Positions 40,752-54,115 of a DNA stretch of 64,000 bases are shown here, piece by piece. Position 1 is the first letter of the stretch, and each line of letters begins with the position of its first letter. The notes beneath the pieces were generated by a model. The model saw nothing but the letters and a program-made list of their open reading frames with translations. It had not been told where the DNA came from and searched no databases. The stretch is from Octopus sinensis (Eukaryota): positions 115,072,001 through 115,136,000 of the forward strand of contig NC_043001.1 of NCBI RefSeq assembly GCF_006345805.1, given 5' to 3'. The position numbers and the translations under genes were made by a program.

Positions 40752-41982
40752 CAAGGTGGTAGCAACAAGTTCCCGGACTAGTTCTGTAGCGCACCAATAG
40801 ATGGCAGCACACAGTTGCGTGCACAGTGAGAGCTGGCAGTGACCTTCATAAGGCAGTGTGCCGTGTGGAACCACAGATTTTACTTCGCAAGTTGTGAAAT
40901 TTGTGTTTTGGTGCTTTTGCTGTAGCCTACTATTTTGTCATGGACAGGAACAAAGAGCCAAAGTGAAATTTTGCATTAAACTTGGGAAGTCTGCTTCAGA
41001 GATATTGAGCATGCTTCTCCACGCTTACGGCGACAAGGCAATGGCTCGTATGCAATGTTTCGAGTGGAGCGGGAGCTTCAAAAGCAGAAGAGCCTCCCAG
41101 GAAAACGATGAGCGATCAAGAAGACCTGTCACGGGTGTTACCCTAGGAAATGTGGAGAAAATTCATCACCTTGTGCATACTGATCTTTGGAGGACAATCA
41201 ATGACATTGCTGTTGTTGTTGGTCTGTCGTCTGGGTCCGTGCAGGCAATCCTAACGTCTGAAATGAACTAGTTTTCCTGTTGACCACTGAGCAGAAAGAA
41301 CACGGCGTCAAAATCTGTCAAAATTTCTGTTAACGTGCCGGTGATGAGCCATCCTTTATATCGAGGATCATCACCGGTGATGAGAGTTAGGTCTACGGGT
41401 ACGACTCTGAGACGAAGCATCAGGTGTCACAATGTTAGAGACCTTCATCTCCACGACCAAAGAAGGCACAGCAGAGCTGCAGCTTAATGAAGACTATGCT
41501 AATCGCTTTTCTTTTTTCGATATCTGCGATATTTTGCATCGAAAATTCGACTTCCATAGCAGACCGTCAATTGAGACGTTTTAAAGCATTTGAGAGAGGA
41601 TATTTGTTGAAAGCTTCGGAGCTTTGGGGCGCGAAGTATTGGATTCTTAACGACAACAATGCAGCCTGTCACCGAGCTCTCCTTCCACACCTGCCCTATT
41701 CACCAAATGTAGCACTTGCGGAATTCCATTACTTACCCTAGAGGAAATTGCAGCTCAAGGGTCGTCGTTTTAACACCGTTGTTGAGATCAAAATCGAATC
41801 GTCGAAGGTCCTAAATATGCTTTCGGAAGATGACTTCCAAGCCGGATTGAAAAAGTGGCAGCAACGCGGGAACCGGTGTATTGCTGTACAAGGTGACTAT
41901 TTCAAAGATGATGTTAAAAGTTAGTTAAATAAGTTATTTTTTATTAGACATAACTAGACTGGAACTTATTGATATCACCTCG
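40752..41982 (+). mobile_element. Near-full-length degenerate mariner transposon
   Basis: TIRs caaggtggtagcaacaagttcc / ggaacttattgatatcacctcg; QEQRAKVKFCIKLGKSASE, ITGDES, LNDNNAACH, PHLPYSPNVA; many stops and frameshifts. Confidence 0.9.
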
Positions 41983-43629
41983 AAGATGTATTCCGAGACT
42001 GTGACAGAAGCAAACATTGTACAGTGTATATTGTTGTATTAGGATAAGACTAAGCGCCATTGATTTTGATACGGTGTATGTAATAAATATGTTTTATTAC
42101 TTACTACACTTAAAATCCACACTCACAAACAGACACGCGCACACAAACTCATATACTCACACACGAACGCACGGATACACAAGCACACACAGACTCACAC
42201 ACCCATACGCACGCAGACACATGCACACGTTGTATTGTTATTATCTGTATATACAAATACGTATGTATGCATTTATGTATGTTTACATCCATTTATATAT
42301 ATGTGTGTGTGTGTGTGCGTGTGCGCATGTGTGTGTGTGTGTGCGTGTGCGTGTGTGTGTGTGCGTGTGCGTGTATTATGAGTGTGTGTGTAAGTATATA
42401 TATATATATATATTTATATATGAACATATCGAAATAAAGAGATAATAAGAGACAGAAGAGACAATATAAAAGAAAAGGAAGATAGCGTGAGCGGAAGACA
42501 GAGGCAGGATCAGAAATGTCGAATGACAAGAATATCTGCAATAAATAAGAAGGTCTTTACGTAAACACTATAAATCTGTTTCTGTTACACTGTCTTACTT
42601 CGAATCGGGTAAAATCCCTGGATTAATTCCTCTGTGGATTAATTCAACTCTCCCTTGTATACACTCCCAAACCGCATGCACCCATTCTTATAAAAGAATC
42701 ATTTAATAAAAATAACTATACCATTTGACATACACCCAAACAAATACGCATACTGATATATATATATATACATATATACGTACACGCGGATCTACGGTGG
42801 GTTATATTATCAGAACTACATAGATTCGTAGCAAGAAATCTTTTATGATCGGGATTAAAGCAAGCATCTCCAGATTGATTCCAGAACCAGTATATTTCGG
42901 GTTGGATCATTGAGTTAGAATATTGCTTTGATTATTTTTGTCTCATAACGCAAATGGTGAACTATAGCGTCGTTGTATTTATATTCCAAAATTCCACCGT
43001 AACAATAACAATGATAAGAACAAAGTGAAGAGGAATAAAAGAAATGATCTACATTGATAATTGTAGGAACCTCATACTGCAGATTGCATATACACTAAGA
43101 TATAACAGATGCGCATTATGTCGACTGTAGCGGGAAGGGCTATAACGATAATAATGATTTGTAACATTGGTAAACGAAGATATAGTTGTCTAAATCGCTT
43201 CTCATAAGTAACTACTACCTAAGATTTAGTGGAATTTTGGTAGGTTTGGGAATTTAAACGGAAAAATACTTAAACACAAATTTGGTTATTCTTCCAAGTA
43301 CTTTGTCAATCTGACTCTGTAGTCAAGCAATTAGATTATAAAAAAAAAGTTTACAAGGCCACATATTAGGAATGGTGATGATTAATAAAATTGATATTAA
43401 TAATAGACAAACATTTTATTTTATCATACGAGGATGAACTCTAAATATGGTTCAGGTGCTATTGAACACACAAGGTTATGAAACGTAACTTGAAGCCAGA
43501 TGGAAATTTTACCAATCATTTTGACATTTTGCCGTACCTGACAAAATGACTTTCGGCAAGTCGAGGGCATCTGTGCAATAGAAAACACATTTCGGCTCAA
43601 GTGGGCAATAATATTTGTTTAAATTTTAG

Positions 43630-43805
43630 CAGAAGGCCAGCGATTTCGGAGAGGGGGATTCGATCGATTACATCTAAACTAGAACTTATTTTATTGATCG
43701 CGTAAAGGATGAAAAGCAAAGTCGGCTCGGCGAAATTTAAGTTTCTAAGCATAAGGTCTAAAATATTATACCCGGAATGCTAACGATTCTGTCAGTTTGC
43801 CGACC
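43630..43805 (-). mobile_element. Decayed SINE of family 3
   Basis: Reverse complement resembles ggcgagctggcagaatcgttagc...gactttgcttttcatcctt. Confidence 0.6.
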
Positions 43806-45113
43806 TATTAGAGTTTCTGGTACTTTACACAAACAGGTAAAAAGCTAAAAAAAAAACACTAGCTCATATAACGAAACACCTGGGAAAGTAAACACACATT
43901 ACATGAACCCTCAAGATCAGAAACACGCTTTTCTTATTATAATACTGCTATCTGGTGCTATGAAGCCTCCACCTATGTAATTATTAAGTATCTTTTTGGT
44001 CTATGTTCAAATTTTGCTATGTCCAAATTTTGCTCCGTAAAGGCATCAATAATAGTAATTACCCCATTAGATTTTTAAAAAAATCAGCGGCAACATGAGC
44101 CTACACTGGAGTCTCTGCGTGTTCAGGTTTTGGCATGCTTGAGATAATAGCCAAATCTCCCTGAATTCAAACTTTATTACTTTCAATAATGTAACCCGTA
44201 TTACTTGCAAGAGAAACGTTAAGCTTGTTGTATAATTAAGGATCACGTCTCATGACACAGATGCTTCGAGAAATTTAGAAAGGGAGGTTACTCTATAATC
44301 TTTCTAGCAAATGAGATAATTCAAGTATCTAGCTACCGCTATACAGGTATAACGGTATAAAATAATGAAAATAACAAAAATTTATACATCATAAAATGTC
44401 AAAATCTGATGAAAACAGAATGCAATAAATGCAATATTTCAGGTCCAAAGTGAAAAATCAACGTTCAAACTTCTGTAACGTATGTGTGTGTGCATGCAAT
44501 ACAGAAGCAGAGAAAATTGTGTATCTCGGGAAACAGACTCCATAGAAGTGCATAGAGAAGAGGATTTATTCCAATGAGTACGAATAGCAGACAGTCAACT
44601 TTCTATTTATAACGTGACCATCCAGGTGTCTAACAGAGTTAAGTTACCTCTTACAAGGGCGCGGTGAGCATGAGAAAGCAACCGAAAGGTATGGTATATG
44701 GTGCATATGTAAAACAGGGTGAATGCATGCAAGTATGTGTGCGAACATTGAAACAATTTTACAGATATGCAGAATATTCGTAAAAAGAAAATATATACCT
44801 GAATAGATGTTCTGAAAAATTAAAAATTAAGTGATATACAAAACTAGGCAAATACAAAGAAAAGTGAACAAATTCATAAAAAAGCAAGCAACAGAAATGC
44901 CAAACTAGGCCCAAGCTAAGGAAAATTTCCAGTTAATGGGCAAGTAATGCAATCTTTTAGGAAGTCCTCAGAAATTGAATCTAACGACGCGAAAATACGT
45001 AAAGTTCATGAATGTTTATAGTGCACGCATACTAAGAGTGAAAACAGTAGAGCAAGACATTGTCAAAGTACATGCAGGAAAATTCTTCTGAAAAAGTTTA
45101 GTACACCGAAAAG

Positions 45114-45663
45114 TTAATGTCTGTTCTCAGCATGTTGGCATGGAAATAATTTTCTTTTGCCCTTGTTTATAAGTTGTTTATAATTTTAAACTTTAAAGGT
45201 ATTTTAATATGCTGCCACTTTTGATGAAATTTTTTCTGAAAAGATTTTATCCTGTATTAGTAGTAGATTTATTACCATTCACATAGGGATTGGTAACCAC
45301 TATAAGCTGTGGTTAAGAATAGTTCACACGTGGGCTGAGGCTGGCTAAAGGATTTTACAGTTAGATATAACTGAGGTACTTAGGTGTACACATGACTGTT
45401 GCTTGTGCTTTTTTCCATGGGTGTTTGTAAGTATTTAATTTATTCCTTATCGTATTTTCTACTGAAGAGGGAAGAATTCATAGGATTAATCCCGAAATTG
45501 ATTCAATATAGAAATAACGAACCTTTTTAAAAAATTCAGTTGGCTAGCTTTCACTCGATCTATAGTGAGTGTAAAATGAAAATGTGAAAATTGACGATTT
45601 AATGTCTGTTCTCAGCATATTGGCATGGAAATAACTTTTCTTGTTCCCTTGTTTATAAGTTGT
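45114..45663 (+). mobile_element. 485-bp pLTR/retrozyme-like unit with ~63-bp terminal direct repeat, ending in (TA)n
   Basis: aatgtctgttctcagcat...gtttataagttgt occurs at 45116 and 45601; contains a canonical hammerhead. Confidence 0.7.
45456..45514 (+). ncRNA. Canonical type I hammerhead ribozyme
   Basis: TTTCTA CTGAAGA GGGA (17-nt loop) TCCC GAA ATTG att CAAT A TAGAAA: stems I (6 bp), II (4 bp) and III (4 bp) all intact; AUA triplet, predicted cut after 45508. Confidence 0.82.
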
Positions 45664-45821
45664 GTATATATATATATATATATAAGATGAATAAAAAATG
45701 GAGTTAACGCAGGTGTAATCAAATATTTTTACTTTCGATACATGTGAGATTTTTGCTGCCCTGGTAAATATATATATTTTTTTTCCGTGTTAATTGTTAA
45801 CAAGGTAAAAATACACTCATC

Positions 45822-45883
<62 letters not shown>

Positions 45884-45899
45884 ATAGTTAGAGAGAGGG

Positions 45900-45982
<83 letters not shown>

Positions 45983-47572
45983 TATGTATTAGGAACAAAT
46001 ACATAGAGAATGTTACCGTTGTGTCTAGTAATTTGTTTAGTTATATGTACCCAAACCCCCAACAATTACCACCCCTTAAGTGAGCCTGTACCTGCCACTT
46101 CAGCAATGGCTTTATTTGCAATTAACTTTACTTTCTACACTATGTGTTAGATTGTTTAACTTAACTTAAATTCATTGTAGCCCTAATTTTCTGTCAGCAT
46201 ATAGGTCTACTTCCAATTATTGATTACCCCTATTAGGTTTACTCATTTAAGAAAACTCCCACCGCCCTGTACAACATAATTTAACAACTTAATATTAACT
46301 TCACATCTCTTTAGGTTGTATTTGCTCTAATTTGAATTGCAGTAGGCGCTTTCCTATGAACTATTATTACCCTTAGGCATATTTTGTATGAATGGAAGTG
46401 TAATTTGTGGTAGGCCCCAAATATATGCACACAAAACAAGGGTTACTATATCGACAAGGTTAGTAATATCAACAATATAATAATAATAATATATATATTA
46501 AGTATGATTGAGCAAACTGTGGTAGGATCCTGTATCTGTAACTATAATAGTAATTAGCAAGTGATTTAATTGTAATCATTTAATTAATATGCGGATTTGT
46601 ACTAATACCTCCTCATAGGACCACTAGGCTGAATGTATTTGGGATTATTTAGATAATTACTGTTTGTCTCGTAAGACCAGTCCTTGGTTACTGTTGTTAC
46701 TTCAAAAGATAAACTTAATATCAAAATTCTCTAATTGAAGGTCAATGCCCTAGCCATTACCTCCCTTTAACTGTAGTTCCCCTGTTACCCCCACCCTCGT
46801 CGCTTCCGTGCTAATTAACTTCCTTTCTTTATCTACTATTCTCTCGCTCCTATTTTATAAAGCTTTTGTCCAATCTTTTATACCCAATCGCCTTAACCCA
46901 TAACGGTCCAAATAGGGACATCTCTAGGTTTTAACGACAGTGCGGGTGATGTTCTTTCCTTCGCATGGTGCTAGTTTACATATTTGGTTGTTTTATTTAT
47001 AATGTCCTAAGCGGTCTTAGACCACTTATAACATATGTTACTTCTCCATACTTTTACTTTCTTTATACGTTTTTATTTACATCTACCCGTATAATGGTCT
47101 TTATAGCTTGCCCTTTGTTTTTAAATTAAACTGACCAATTATATTGAAAGCTGGACTTTGGCCAATCCCATTACGGACAATAGGTGGTTGGTCTTTACAA
47201 TATATCAGTAAGTAAATAAATGTAATTAATTGATAGGCATTTTATTTGGATAAATATTAATTATCACTATTGACATAATCTTAAGAAATATTATGATTAC
47301 TTCTAAACGTTATGGTACTATCATTCCCTCTTTTTCTTGACCTATTGGCGTATCCCATTATGGTAAAGTACTTATTTTATTATTTTTATTATTTATATAC
47401 TCTGTTACCCCTAAAGAAATATTAACCCACCAATTAACATCTCTAGTTTAGTCATTTACTCAACGTCCTGAAGTGTTACATGGTTTTCAATGCACGTGGA
47501 TCCTGGAAATAGTAGCTATTAGCAAAGATTCCTTCACAATAAATAGATACATTAAATATATCACGTCAACGC

Positions 47573-47877
47573 TACCACAGAAATCTTGGCACTCCGTCGG
47601 TTACAACGACGGGGGTTCTAGTTGATCCGATTACGGGACATCGTGACACAATGTGCGGCAAGGTTGGCCCTTTGAAATAAAGGTACATTAGAAACAGGAA
47701 GAAAGAGTGAGAGAGAGTTTTGTAGAAACAGGGTTCGCCATCACCCCCTGCCGGAGCTTCGTACAGCTTTAGGTGTTTTTGCTCAATAAACACTCACAGC
47801 GCCTGGTCTGGGAATCGAAGCCGCGATCCCACGACCGCGAAACCGCTGCCCTAACCATTGGGCCATTGCGCCTCCAC
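47573..47877 (-). mobile_element. tRNA-derived SINE (head 1, tail c, internal deletion)
   Basis: Reverse complement of the head and tail of 10929-11293. Confidence 0.85.
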
Positions 47878-48028
47878 GCCAAAGAAATAGTGGATTATAA
47901 ACACAAATCTAATTTCTATTAGGTGGGGTATATTCAGAACACTTCCTGTCCATTCCTTCTCCGCCTAATGTTAATACTTTGAACCATTATTTCAAGCCAG
48001 AATGATCCTGAGCTCAGTAGCTCTAAAG

Positions 48029-48603
48029 CAGGGATTCTCAACCATTTTTTATCTATGGACACCTTGGAAATGCTATTCTATTCTGCAGGACCCCCAGGTT
48101 GTTTGATGCTTCAAAACTAGTTTAATATTGAGTCGCAGCATGGAGTTCTTCTGCTGCACGACAACGCCCACCCTCATATCGCCAATATGACTAAGGAAGT
48201 CATTCAAACGCTCGGCTGAGAAGTGCTGCCACACCCGCCGTACTCTCCTGATTTGACACCACGGATTTCACCTCTTTCGATCTCTTTCAAATGCTATGTT
48301 CAGAGTTTCGTTCAATACTGTTGCAGAAGTGGTGAAATCCGTTGCCAACCAAATAGAAACTTCTTTCAAACTTCCTATTTTGTTTTTCACACTTGAAGTT
48401 GGGTAGGTTGAGCTATGTAAAATGTCAGAACGAAACCTAATTGTTTCTTGCAATGCATACCAATACATACATCTAAAGCAAAATTTTTTCAGGAGCCCTT
48501 AAAATACTATAGTGGATCCCCAATTTATTATTTGATTGCGTGGACCCCAAAAAAATTTATATGGACCCTCAGGGGCCATATGGTCCCCGGTTGAGAACCA
48601 CTG
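48029..48603. mobile_element. hAT (Charlie-like) MITE containing a mariner transposase fragment
   Basis: TIRs CAGggaTTCTCAACC / GGTTGAGAAccaCTG; perfect 8-bp TSD CTCTAAAG (48021-48028, 48604-48611); internal LLLHDNAHPH...VLPHPPYSPDL at ~48145-48260. Confidence 0.88.
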
Positions 48604-48624
48604 CTCTAAAGGATCATAAATCAT

Positions 48625-49745
48625 CATTCAATTTGTACTCTGCAGATGAAAATCAAGAAACACTGCTACAAACATTACACAGATTTACTAGAAGTTTTGA
48701 GAGAACATCAGGTTTAAGAAAATGAGCCACTCTGAAAGTTAAGAATACTAATATCATATTAGATAACGACATACACATGAGATATTTTAACCAAACAGAA
48801 ACTTACAAATATTCAGGCATTAATGAACTAGACAGACACAAATAAGTGGAAGGTTTAGATAGGAATATTATAGACATAATAGCTTAATATTTAGAGGAGA
48901 GATAAATAAAAGAAACAAGTTAATAAGCATCAATAACTCAGCTGACCAGGTTATGACTTATATTTATAATGTTCGCAATTTGTCGCTAGAGGAATTAGCA
49001 AGACTAGACAGAATGTAATGATTGCATTTCCAATAAAGAAAAACCTAAAATTCGTTACAGAAATGTTACATTTATCACAAATACCAGATGAAAGAAGTCA
49101 TATGCAAAGAGAAAATTATTGTAAAATATCACTGTAAGGCTACAAAACTTTTCCACTACATAATCATGGAAAACTGTTCAAATAGCTACAAAGCAAGATG
49201 GTAAAAAAACCCGTTACTATTTTGAAGAAAATAAAAAATACAAAACGGTAACCAAATGTGACAGACGATTATGAGGAGAAATTGGAAACAACAACAGAAA
49301 TTGTTAAAAAGCTAAAATAGAAACTAGCCAAAAATAGGTTTACAGAATGTCGTACTAAAATAATTGTAAAAAAAACCTCCTACACTGCCTAATAGGTAAA
49401 ACACTGCTTGGTAAGAAAATGAATACAAAAAATAAAGAATCACAGCACCGACTGAGGCTGAACAATTTTGATTACTGGACAAAAATATTGTTTTCTCTTC
49501 AGAAATCAGTCAAAGATTGTAATTAAGCTGATATATGAAATAACTTCAGAAAAAGTTGATGAAGACACGCGTAGGTGTCTTGACTTTAACTTGTGCAACT
49601 TCGCTCAGAGAAAATACAAATACAGGCGTGACAAAATAAGGAAGTTTTTTTTAGTACATTTTATACATTGCTAGCATTATGAAATTTCCACATAAAAAAG
49701 AAATTTTAATATCTCAGACAAAGTGGACATATTGGAATAATAATA
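48625..49745 (+). mobile_element. Highly decayed R4/Dong-like LINE RT C-terminal region
   Basis: NLYSADENQETLLQTLHRFT and TETYKYSGINELD (YKYLGI-like); ends at a short (AAT)n. Confidence 0.5.
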
Positions 49746-49799
49746 AAAAGAAGATTCACCTTACTATTCTTCTTCTTCTTTTGATTATTGTTATTATTA

Positions 49800-50628
49800 T
49801 TTTTCTATGTTTGACTTTTGCTTCATATTTGTACAAGTTGGCTCCAAGTTTCACCCAGAGACCTCAAGAGACAAGAGGTTGGAAGTTCATGTTGTTGTCA
49901 TGCCTAGTGTGCCATATATTTGTTTTTTTTGGGGGGGGGGGCGTGTTGTACTAGTGACTGTCTAAAAAACAAACGAAAGTTATGTTTGTTTTAAACCTTG
50001 AGATTACATAGAAAGTATTTTGCGTAGGATATGAACAGTTCTCATGAGCACTATCTTTTAAATTTCTGCTATTTTGGGGTTTCCTGGTATCTGAGTTAGG
50101 TAGCAATCAGCCCCTTTTGCTATCATTCCCAGGGCACCTATGACAACAGGTAGTGTTTTAGTCTTCAGCTTCAACATTGTGCTGATTTCTATTTCAAGAT
50201 CTTTATATTTGCTCAGTTTTTGGTAGGTCGTGACAGATACGTTTATATCAATTGGGACAGTCATATCAATGAGGAGGCATGTTTTTTGTTTGACGTCTTT
50301 CAATATGATGTCTGGCCTATTTTCATCTATCTTTCTGTCAGTTTGAATGGGGAAGTTCCAGAGGAGTGAGGTGTGGTCATTTTCAAGCACTGGAGGTGGT
50401 TTGTGTTCCCACCAGTTTTTTTCATGGGGCAAATCCAGGTTTTTGCAGATTACCCAGTGAATATATTGTGCAGCTCTATCATGCATGTTGCGATACTCTG
50501 TAGGCGCTAGGAGACTGCACTTGGAGACAACATGATCAATGGTTTCATTTTGTTGTAGACATACACGACATGTTGGGCTACTGCCGTCCTTTAATATGTT
50601 GGCCTGGTTGTTTCTTGTTGTAGGCATT
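49800..50628 (-). mobile_element. 5'-truncated R4/Dong-clade LINE: CCHC knuckle + restriction-like endonuclease + 3' UTR, within (TAA)n
   Basis: CRVC..ETIDHVVSKC, MHD, NRPDIILKD..CLLID, KLSKYKDL, PVVIGALG; one in-frame stop near the C-terminus; both ends abut (AAT)n. Confidence 0.92.
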
Positions 50629-50638
50629 ATTATTATTA

Positions 50639-50724
<86 letters not shown>

Positions 50725-50743
50725 TCATTATTATTACTGTTAT

Positions 50744-50973
50744 GGTAGCGAGCTGGCAGAATCATTAACACGTCGGGCGTAATGCGTAGCCGTATTTCGT
50801 CTGCCGTTACGTTCTGATTTCAAATTCCGCCGAGGTCGACTCTGCCTTTCATCCTTTCGGCGTCGATAAATTAAGTACCATTTACGCACTGGGGTCAATG
50901 TAATCGACTTAATCCGTTTGTCTGTCGTTGTTTGTCCCCTCTGTATTTAGCCCCTTGTGGGCAGTAAAGAAAT
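50744..50973 (+). mobile_element. tRNA-derived SINE family 3 (Meta-domain-like central region)
   Basis: Head ggtagcgagctggcagaatc, B-box-like tttcaaattcc, central gtcgactctgcctttcatcctttcggcgtcgataaattaagtacc; partial second copy at 50990-51150. Confidence 0.8.
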
Positions 50974-51329
50974 ATGTATTCCTCCTGTCACTACGTTCTG
51001 AGCTCAAATCCTGCCAAGGTCGTCTTTACCTTCATTCTTTTAGGGTCGATAAAATCAATAAATGTTGGAGACTGGATTCGATTTAATCGACTCATCCCCT
51101 CCACCAAAATTGCTGCCATTGAGACAAAATTTGAAACAATTGCTATTATTATTGTTATTTACTTTTAATCTGCATGTTTGTTACAATCACTTGCCGAGAC
51201 AGCCCAGTGTCCTAGGGTAAGCGGAGGATAAGAGATGTTACGGTATGAATGAAAACTTGCAGGGTGAAAGTGGAAGGGAAAATAGGGAAATATCGTCATG
51301 TAACACAACACAGACATTTAAATTGATAG

Positions 51330-51720
51330 GGTTTTTCTAAAAATGTGGGCAGTACTTGTCAGCACAATCTTTTGGATTTCTCTGAGACATGGTTCTCCTG
51401 GGATGTTGTCTAGATGTTTCTGACATCCCTGTTTCATCATGCCTAGGGTACCTAAGAACAGTTCTCGTTTCAAGATGCTACATCTTCTGTGTTCCATTTA
51501 CCAGGTGCTTATATTTACTTAATTTGTCAAATTCCTTTACAGATATATTTATATCAGTAGGAAACTTACATGTATTAGTCTACAAGTATTTTCCTCCCTG
51601 TCTTTAATAACTATGTCTGGTCCAATAGCCTGGGTCGTTCTATCAGTGTTGATTGGAAAATCTCAGAGTGACGTTTTAACCTTCAATGACTGGCTCAAGA
51701 TGATGTTCATATTATTATAA
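51330..51720 (-). pseudogene. Second, more decayed Dong-like endonuclease fragment
   Basis: Minus-strand DFPINTDRTTQAIGPDIVIKD, NLTNxVNISTW-like region and QKIVLTSTAHIFRK, parallel to 50000-50400. Confidence 0.65.
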
Positions 51721-51721
51721 A

Positions 51722-51921
51722 TGCGACAAGCTTGCAGAATCATTAGCGGGCTGGAGGAAATGCTTCGCAGTATATCGCCATTCGCTGCGGTCTGAGTTCA
51801 ATTTCCGCCGAGAAATTTCCTTTCAGGGTCGATAACTTAATCACCAGTGAAACATTGGGATTTGTGTAATCGATGAGATCCCTCTCCCAGATTGTCAGGC
51901 CTTGTGCCTTAAATAGTGAGG

Positions 51922-51925
<4 letters not shown>
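51722..51925 (+). mobile_element. SINE family 3 copy ending in (ATT)n
   Basis: Homologous to 50744-50973. Confidence 0.7.
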
Positions 51926-51978
<53 letters not shown>

Positions 51979-51979
51979 G

Positions 51980-52450
51980 AGTGAGAGAGCAGTTCATGCC
52001 ATCAAAGTGACACTGGGGTAAAATATACGAAGCCCAATATACCCATCATGACTACCCGTCTGATACGGGTACACCAGGCACATGCATCACAACCATATGT
52101 GCACGACATGGTGATCTCATACCAAGGTAAACAGCGCATGACCTTGCAGATGGGGCCCAGTTAGAATTTTCTTCAGGTCGAGTAGCCCATCCCGCTCAAT
52201 AGGTCCCTGAATAAGGGTTGTTTAAGGATGTTGAAAGAACCACTCATGTTTCCAGAGGTGAATTATTCAAACCCCAAAGAATCCCTTTCAACACATGGCT
52301 ATGATGCTCCCCCACTACTTCTGCTCGTGATCAGAGATGCACATATCGTCAGCCCCTAAGGGACATGCTCAACTGGTTAAGGTCAAACAACTGACAAGCA
52401 AATTTGTGGTATTGAGCAGAATATTTGCTGTAGCCCATCTTTTATACCAT
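51980..52450 (-). mobile_element. ~470-bp non-coding insert between (ATT)n tracts (probable LINE UTR or non-autonomous element)
   Basis: Complex sequence sharply bounded by (ATT)n on both sides; minus strand ends ...ctctctcactc(AAT)n. Confidence 0.45.
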
Positions 52451-52454
52451 ATTA

Positions 52455-52554
<100 letters not shown>

Positions 52555-52560
52555 TATTAA

Positions 52561-53012
52561 GACGGCGAGCTGGCAAAATCGTTAGCACGCTGGGCAAAGT
52601 GCTTAGCTGCATTTAGTCTGTCTTTATGTTCTGAGTTCATATTCCGCCAAGGCCTACTTTGATTTTCATCCAAACGGAGTGTATGAAATAGATGAAATAA
52701 GTACCACCCAAGAGCTGGGGGTCGATGAACTCGACCAGTCCCCACCCGACGCAAAATTTCAGGCCTTGTGCTTATAGCGGAAAGGATTACAAGCGGCGAA
52801 CTGGTAGAGTCGTTAGCTCACCGGGAGAAATGCTTGGCGGTATTTCACCTTGCATCACGTTCTGAGTTCAAATGCTGCTGGGGTCGACTTTGCCTTTCAT
52901 CGTTTCGGGGCCGATAAAATAAGTGCCAGATGAGTACTGGAGTCGATGTAATCGACTTGCCTCCTCCCACAAAATTTCAGGCGTTGTGCCTTTAGTAGAA
53001 ATAATAATTATT
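52561..53012 (+). mobile_element. Two head-to-tail SINE family 3 copies
   Basis: Heads at ~52561 and ~52793; B boxes GAGTTCATATTCC and GAGTTCAAATGCT. Confidence 0.8.
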
Positions 53013-53233
53013 ATTGGTCACATCTCTGTCATCCTTCCCACCACTTTCATTAAAAACGTTGTATGCTATGCATATGTCCCTTCTTTTTCAGTGTATGCCA
53101 TGGATACTTACCTTCTTTATCTCTTTCATATTTTTAATCATTTTATTATATGTAAACACTCACACTTTATGTCTGTATTTGCTTTGTCCCCCTCATCCTT
53201 CGCCCTTGTGTCAAATAAATGAAATCATTAATA

Positions 53234-53234
53234 C

Positions 53235-53268
<34 letters not shown>

Positions 53269-53359
53269 GTTATTATTATTGTTGTTATTATTGTTATTAT
53301 TATTATTATTATTATTATTGTTATTATTGTTATTATTATTATTATTGTTATTATTATTA

Positions 53360-53391
<32 letters not shown>

Positions 53392-53425
53392 GTTATTATT
53401 GTTATTATTATTATTATTGTTATTA

Positions 53426-53483
<58 letters not shown>

Positions 53484-53580
53484 CATTATTATTATTATTA
53501 TTATTGTTATTATTAATATTCTTTCTTTCTTCAAATTTTCTTCTATTTTGTTTTCCGTACACCTAGGGCAGAGAATTTTA

Positions 53581-53648
<68 letters not shown>

Positions 53649-53662
53649 TATTATTATTATTA
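53234..53662. repeat. Long (ATT/GTT)n microsatellite
   Basis: Directly visible; source of the poly-I/L/N ORFs. Confidence 0.95.
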
Positions 53663-53663
53663 A

Positions 53664-54115
53664 GGCGGCAAGCAGGCAGAATTGTTAGCATGCCGTGAAA
53701 ATCCCCTGCGGCCTTTCGTCCGTCTTTACATTCAGAGTTCAAATTCCACCTAGGTTAACTTTGCCAGTCATCCTTTAGGGGGTCGATAAAATAAGTACCA
53801 GTTGAACACTGAGGTGGATGTTGTCCACTTATCCCCTACACCAATATTGCTAGCCTTACGTCAACATTTGAAACCTTTATTATTAATAATAATTAGGTTC
53901 ACGATCTCCCAAATTTGCAAACAAAAACGCCATGCAGTTTTACATCGATCTCTTCATTTTCACTTTCTGATTTCAAATTCCGCCGGGGTCAACTTATCCT
54001 TTTATCCTTCCCTTTCCGATAAAATTACAGTTTTAGTCAAGTATTGGCGTCGATGGTATCGAGTAAGCCCCATTCCTGAAAAATTGATAGACGTGTGTCT
54101 AAATTGGAAAGCATT
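53664..54115 (+). mobile_element. SINE family 3 copy plus partial copy
   Basis: ggcggcaagcaggcagaattgttagc...gagttcaaattcc...ggtcgataaaataagtacc. Confidence 0.72.

Noticed and set aside
46000-47560. Possible very old Penelope GIY-YIG end with hammerhead remnant (ctgaagt...gaaatagtagctatt)
   Set aside because: Similarity too weak to support by eye; needs a translated search
53014-53688. Poly-Ile/Leu/Asn ORFs
   Set aside because: (ATT)n microsatellite artefacts
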